Assembly: GCA_964016885.1 (NCBI GenBank)
Contig: OZ024745.1
Location: 115,568,001-115,632,000 of the forward strand
Length of the DNA: 64,000 bases
Source: Eledone cirrhosa
Lineage: Eukaryota
Direction: 5' to 3'
How positions within the stretch are numbered: the stretch's first letter is position 1; every line of letters begins with the position of its first letter. Below, piece by piece: positions 60,661-64,000 of the stretch. The notes beneath the pieces were generated by a model. It searched no databases and was not told where the DNA came from. It saw only the letters and a list, made by a program, of their open reading frames with translations. A program made the translations under genes and the position numbers.

Positions 60661-62004
60661 GGACAGATTATATGATACATGTATTCAAACTACAATGCTG
60701 CATAGCAGTGAGCCATGAGCCTTGTATGCAGAAAATTCGCAACAGCTTAAAAGAAATGAGGTATGCATGTTATGTTATATGTATAAATGACAGAGAACAA
60801 GTGAACTGAGAGACGATTGAACGTATAAGACTTGAATGCTGTGTGCAAGAGAGATGATTGTACTGGTATTAGCATGTGATGTGTAAGGAGAATAAAAGTT
60901 ACACGAGGTTGTGAAAAATGATTTCAAGAAGGTGAACTCCACAAAGGAGATAACACAGGACCAAGCTGACTGGGGATATGCCACAATGCAAGACTTCTTC
61001 ACCAATAGAAGCATTGTGACACTAAAATAAAATGTGAGAAATGGGAGGCTACAGTATTTGGCATTCAAAATGAAGTAAAGACAATATAATGTTTGAGAGG
61101 ACTTCAGTCTGGCATGGCTTAAGAATACTTATCTAGTGCTGGTACCACAATAAAATGCACCCAGTCTACTCCATAAAGTGATAGTGCTGCTGTCAGAAAA
61201 GATGCATTTGAAAAATCAACCCAGAACACCATGTAAGGTAATTGGTTTTATGAAGGGCATCCAGCCACAGAAACCATGCAAAATATAGAACATAACAATC
61301 AAGATTGGTTGTTTCATTTTGTCTGGTCTCAGACTGTGATATCTTGTCAAACTCATGTCATTGTAGAAAGAGGACATCAAATGATGCTAATGGCGTGGCA
61401 TATATATAGTGACTAGATATAGCTGACAGTTATTTTTAGCCACTATATATAATAGCTTTGCAAAATTGGTTCATATGATTTGCATAATAGGGCTTTCATT
61501 GATTGGGAATGTAGTCAATTAAGTAATGATGCAATAAATAACACAGGCAGATGGAGTAAAGTGTAATGTATCTGATGAAGACTTGAGTCAAAACTGGTCA
61601 GCCTAATCTCTTTTTCTGTCTTTGGAAAGGTAGGAATTATATTTGTTTATATTTGTTTACTTATATTAGATGACACACCACAATACTGACAGAAATTTGT
61701 ATTTTTTATCATTAGATATAACTTTATTACAACTTCAAAAGAATGAAAGGTGTAAAAATATATGATAGATATATATTAAAGTGGGTTCTAACATACTTGA
61801 TGTAGAAATTTCATGTGACATTTATAGCAATAAGATCCCACCTCTATATTTCTTGATCTCTTCCCTTCCTCCCTCTCTCTCTCTTCTTTCTCTCTCTTTG
61901 ATATAAAGTTCTTTCATAATCAATATTATGCTGTTTCATCTAGTTTGTTGTATGGCTACATATTGTTAACACAGTTATCAATGATGAGATATAGATTAGA
62001 AAAT

Positions 62005-62280
62005 GGATTCTGGACCAGGCGGTGCATTGTGTCCTTGAGCAAGACACTTTATTACACGTTGCTCCAGTTCACTCAGCTGTAGAAATGAGTTACAACATCA
62101 CTGGTACCAAGCTGTATCAGCCATTGCCTTTCCCTTAGACAACATTGGTGACATAGAGAGGTGGGGACTGGTATACATGGGCGACTGCAGGTCTTCCACA
62201 AACAAACTTTGCCTAGGTTTGTGTCTTGAAGGGAAACTTTCTAGGTGCAAAACCATGGTCATTCATGATCGAAGAGGGCC
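62005..62280 (+). mobile_element. SINE family 2 (5'-truncated)
   Basis: Matches 16930-17200. Confidence 0.85.
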
Positions 62281-64000
62281 TATGATATAATAAAGTAATA
62301 CTATGAATGGAGAGGAAAAGGCTATATTAACTTAAAGCAGGGCCAAATTAAGGCCAATTGTTACCCTTAGAATAGCTTAACAATGGTTTTCATTTGATAC
62401 TTTAGTTTTCCTTCAGGTTACCTTCAGGCCAGACAACACACCTATATCGAATATTGCCTGTTTTATTTTTTAGATTATTTATTTAATACTGAATATTAGT
62501 CCACAGCCTAAACAAACAATTTTGTCATAACTAGCCTCACAAGAAAAAAAAATCTATTATAATTTATGATTTGTACCATGGTAAATCTGGTACCACAAAA
62601 TCTCTGGCACTCCACTTTCTTTACTGTCTTCAGTTCCTACTTATTTTGTTTAATGGTTAACACATAATCGTCTTAAAAAAAGGACACACTAGGTAATATG
62701 ATTCTAGAAGTCTGGGGTGGGGCTGAAGAGTGAAGAAAGACAGGATGGTCACAATTTGGATGCATAGGTCTGTTCAGTCGGGGTCAGCTCATGTGTTTTG
62801 GAGTGGGTGGGGTTTGGTGGCGTTAAACCGTAAAAAGAATCAAAAAATATTTTGCTGGTGATAAGAAACTAATTCAGTTACGTTACTCAACAATATTTTC
62901 TTTCTATATTTACATTTCCCTCAACAATTCATTCACTTTTAGACTAATTCCTAATCCTATTGGCTGGGGAGCTGCTGTTGTGTTGTATTAATCTATGTAA
63001 TGTTTATATTTTCTGAAGCCATTAAAGTTCTGTCTGATGAGACTTCCATCCATTTCATTCTCTTTATTCTATCACTTTGTCTATGTACATGCCATCCTAG
63101 CTATTTATCTGTTTATCATTCTTTCATTTTCTTCCCTCATATTCAGACATGGACACATGAAAAACTATTTATTTATTGTATGTATTGTATGTACTTAGTT
63201 GGTCTTCCAGGATTAGACATATTTATCTAGCACTAGATATTTAACAGTAATGGTAGCGAATATGGGTTATATGATGTTTTATCTCAAAGGAATTAATGGC
63301 ATAAGTAAAGTGAAAAAAAATGTTGCAATGGGATACTGAATCTGTGATGCAGACGTCAGTACAATTTTATGCCAACACTTAGAATTATGTAACCTTCATT
63401 TTAGTTGATGTATATGATAGGATTACATTTTTTGTTGGTTGATTGATTGTTTGTTGATATCCTTAAAGCAAATTAAAGTGTTTGGAGATTGTAAAAGAAG
63501 ATAAAAATTTGAATGCCATGAAAGACTGGGACATTACTTGCTTGTAGATTTATCTCTGCAATTACCACTACAGAGTGACCACAAAAACACACCAGCTGTG
63601 TTGTTATGGAGTCAACACCATCTTGAATTACACTGCCATCTAGTGAATTGAGACAATTCTATAAATGACGAAAGAAACTTTGTTAATTTGACACAACTGT
63701 AGCCATTAATATTGTAAGAATATTCATTTAAGTTTTGATATTATAAAGTATTTGAAATAAATAAGCGTTTTTTGGTCACCCTGTATTTTACGGGTACTCA
63801 AAGATATGCAGTTATCATATTTAGTGTGAGTGTTTTTATGTTTAATGAATTCCAATACTTCTATATCTCACATGCACTCTATATGTCCAATCACTTCAAG
63901 TTACATTAAACTTAAAATGATAATATGTAGTGTTTGATCCAGTTCTTTATATTCTGAGTTCAAATCCTTTTGAGGTCAATCGTGTATTTCATGCTTCAGA

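Noticed and set aside
61572-61603. CTGATGA agacttgagtc AAAAC tg GTC
   Set aside because: G12 is missing and there is no helix I; at best a dead relic.
61000-64000. Additional host-gene exons or a tandem PON paralogue
   Set aside because: No recognisable motifs or phase-consistent exons found; mostly decayed SINE/RTE tails.

Overview
AT-rich, repeat-dense animal genomic DNA. The SINE, RTE and PLE repertoire suggests a cephalopod, probably Octopus (inference). One host gene can be fully reconstructed: a + strand paraoxonase/arylesterase (PON-family) gene with 9 coding exons (21215-47604, 1071 nt, 356 aa) and canonical GT-AG introns. The rest is mostly transposon material: RTE, CR1, CRE and R4/Dong-like LINE fragments, two tRNA-derived SINE families, a hAT/Buster element with intact TIRs and TSD, MITEs, a Sola2-like transposase relic and several TE-derived minisatellites. 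The most striking feature is the first ~6 kb. It is a pile-up of at least six large inverted repeats, several joined at (TA)n tracts, carrying several minimal type I hammerhead ribozyme motifs. It also holds a Penelope-like GIY-YIG C-terminus and ~500-bp terminally redundant, retrozyme-like units. Further hammerhead-like motifs lie at ~16.3 kb and in PON intron 2 on the sense strand. Most ORFs in the supplied track are spurious. Repeat boundaries are approximate unless TIR/TSD or splice sites are quoted.
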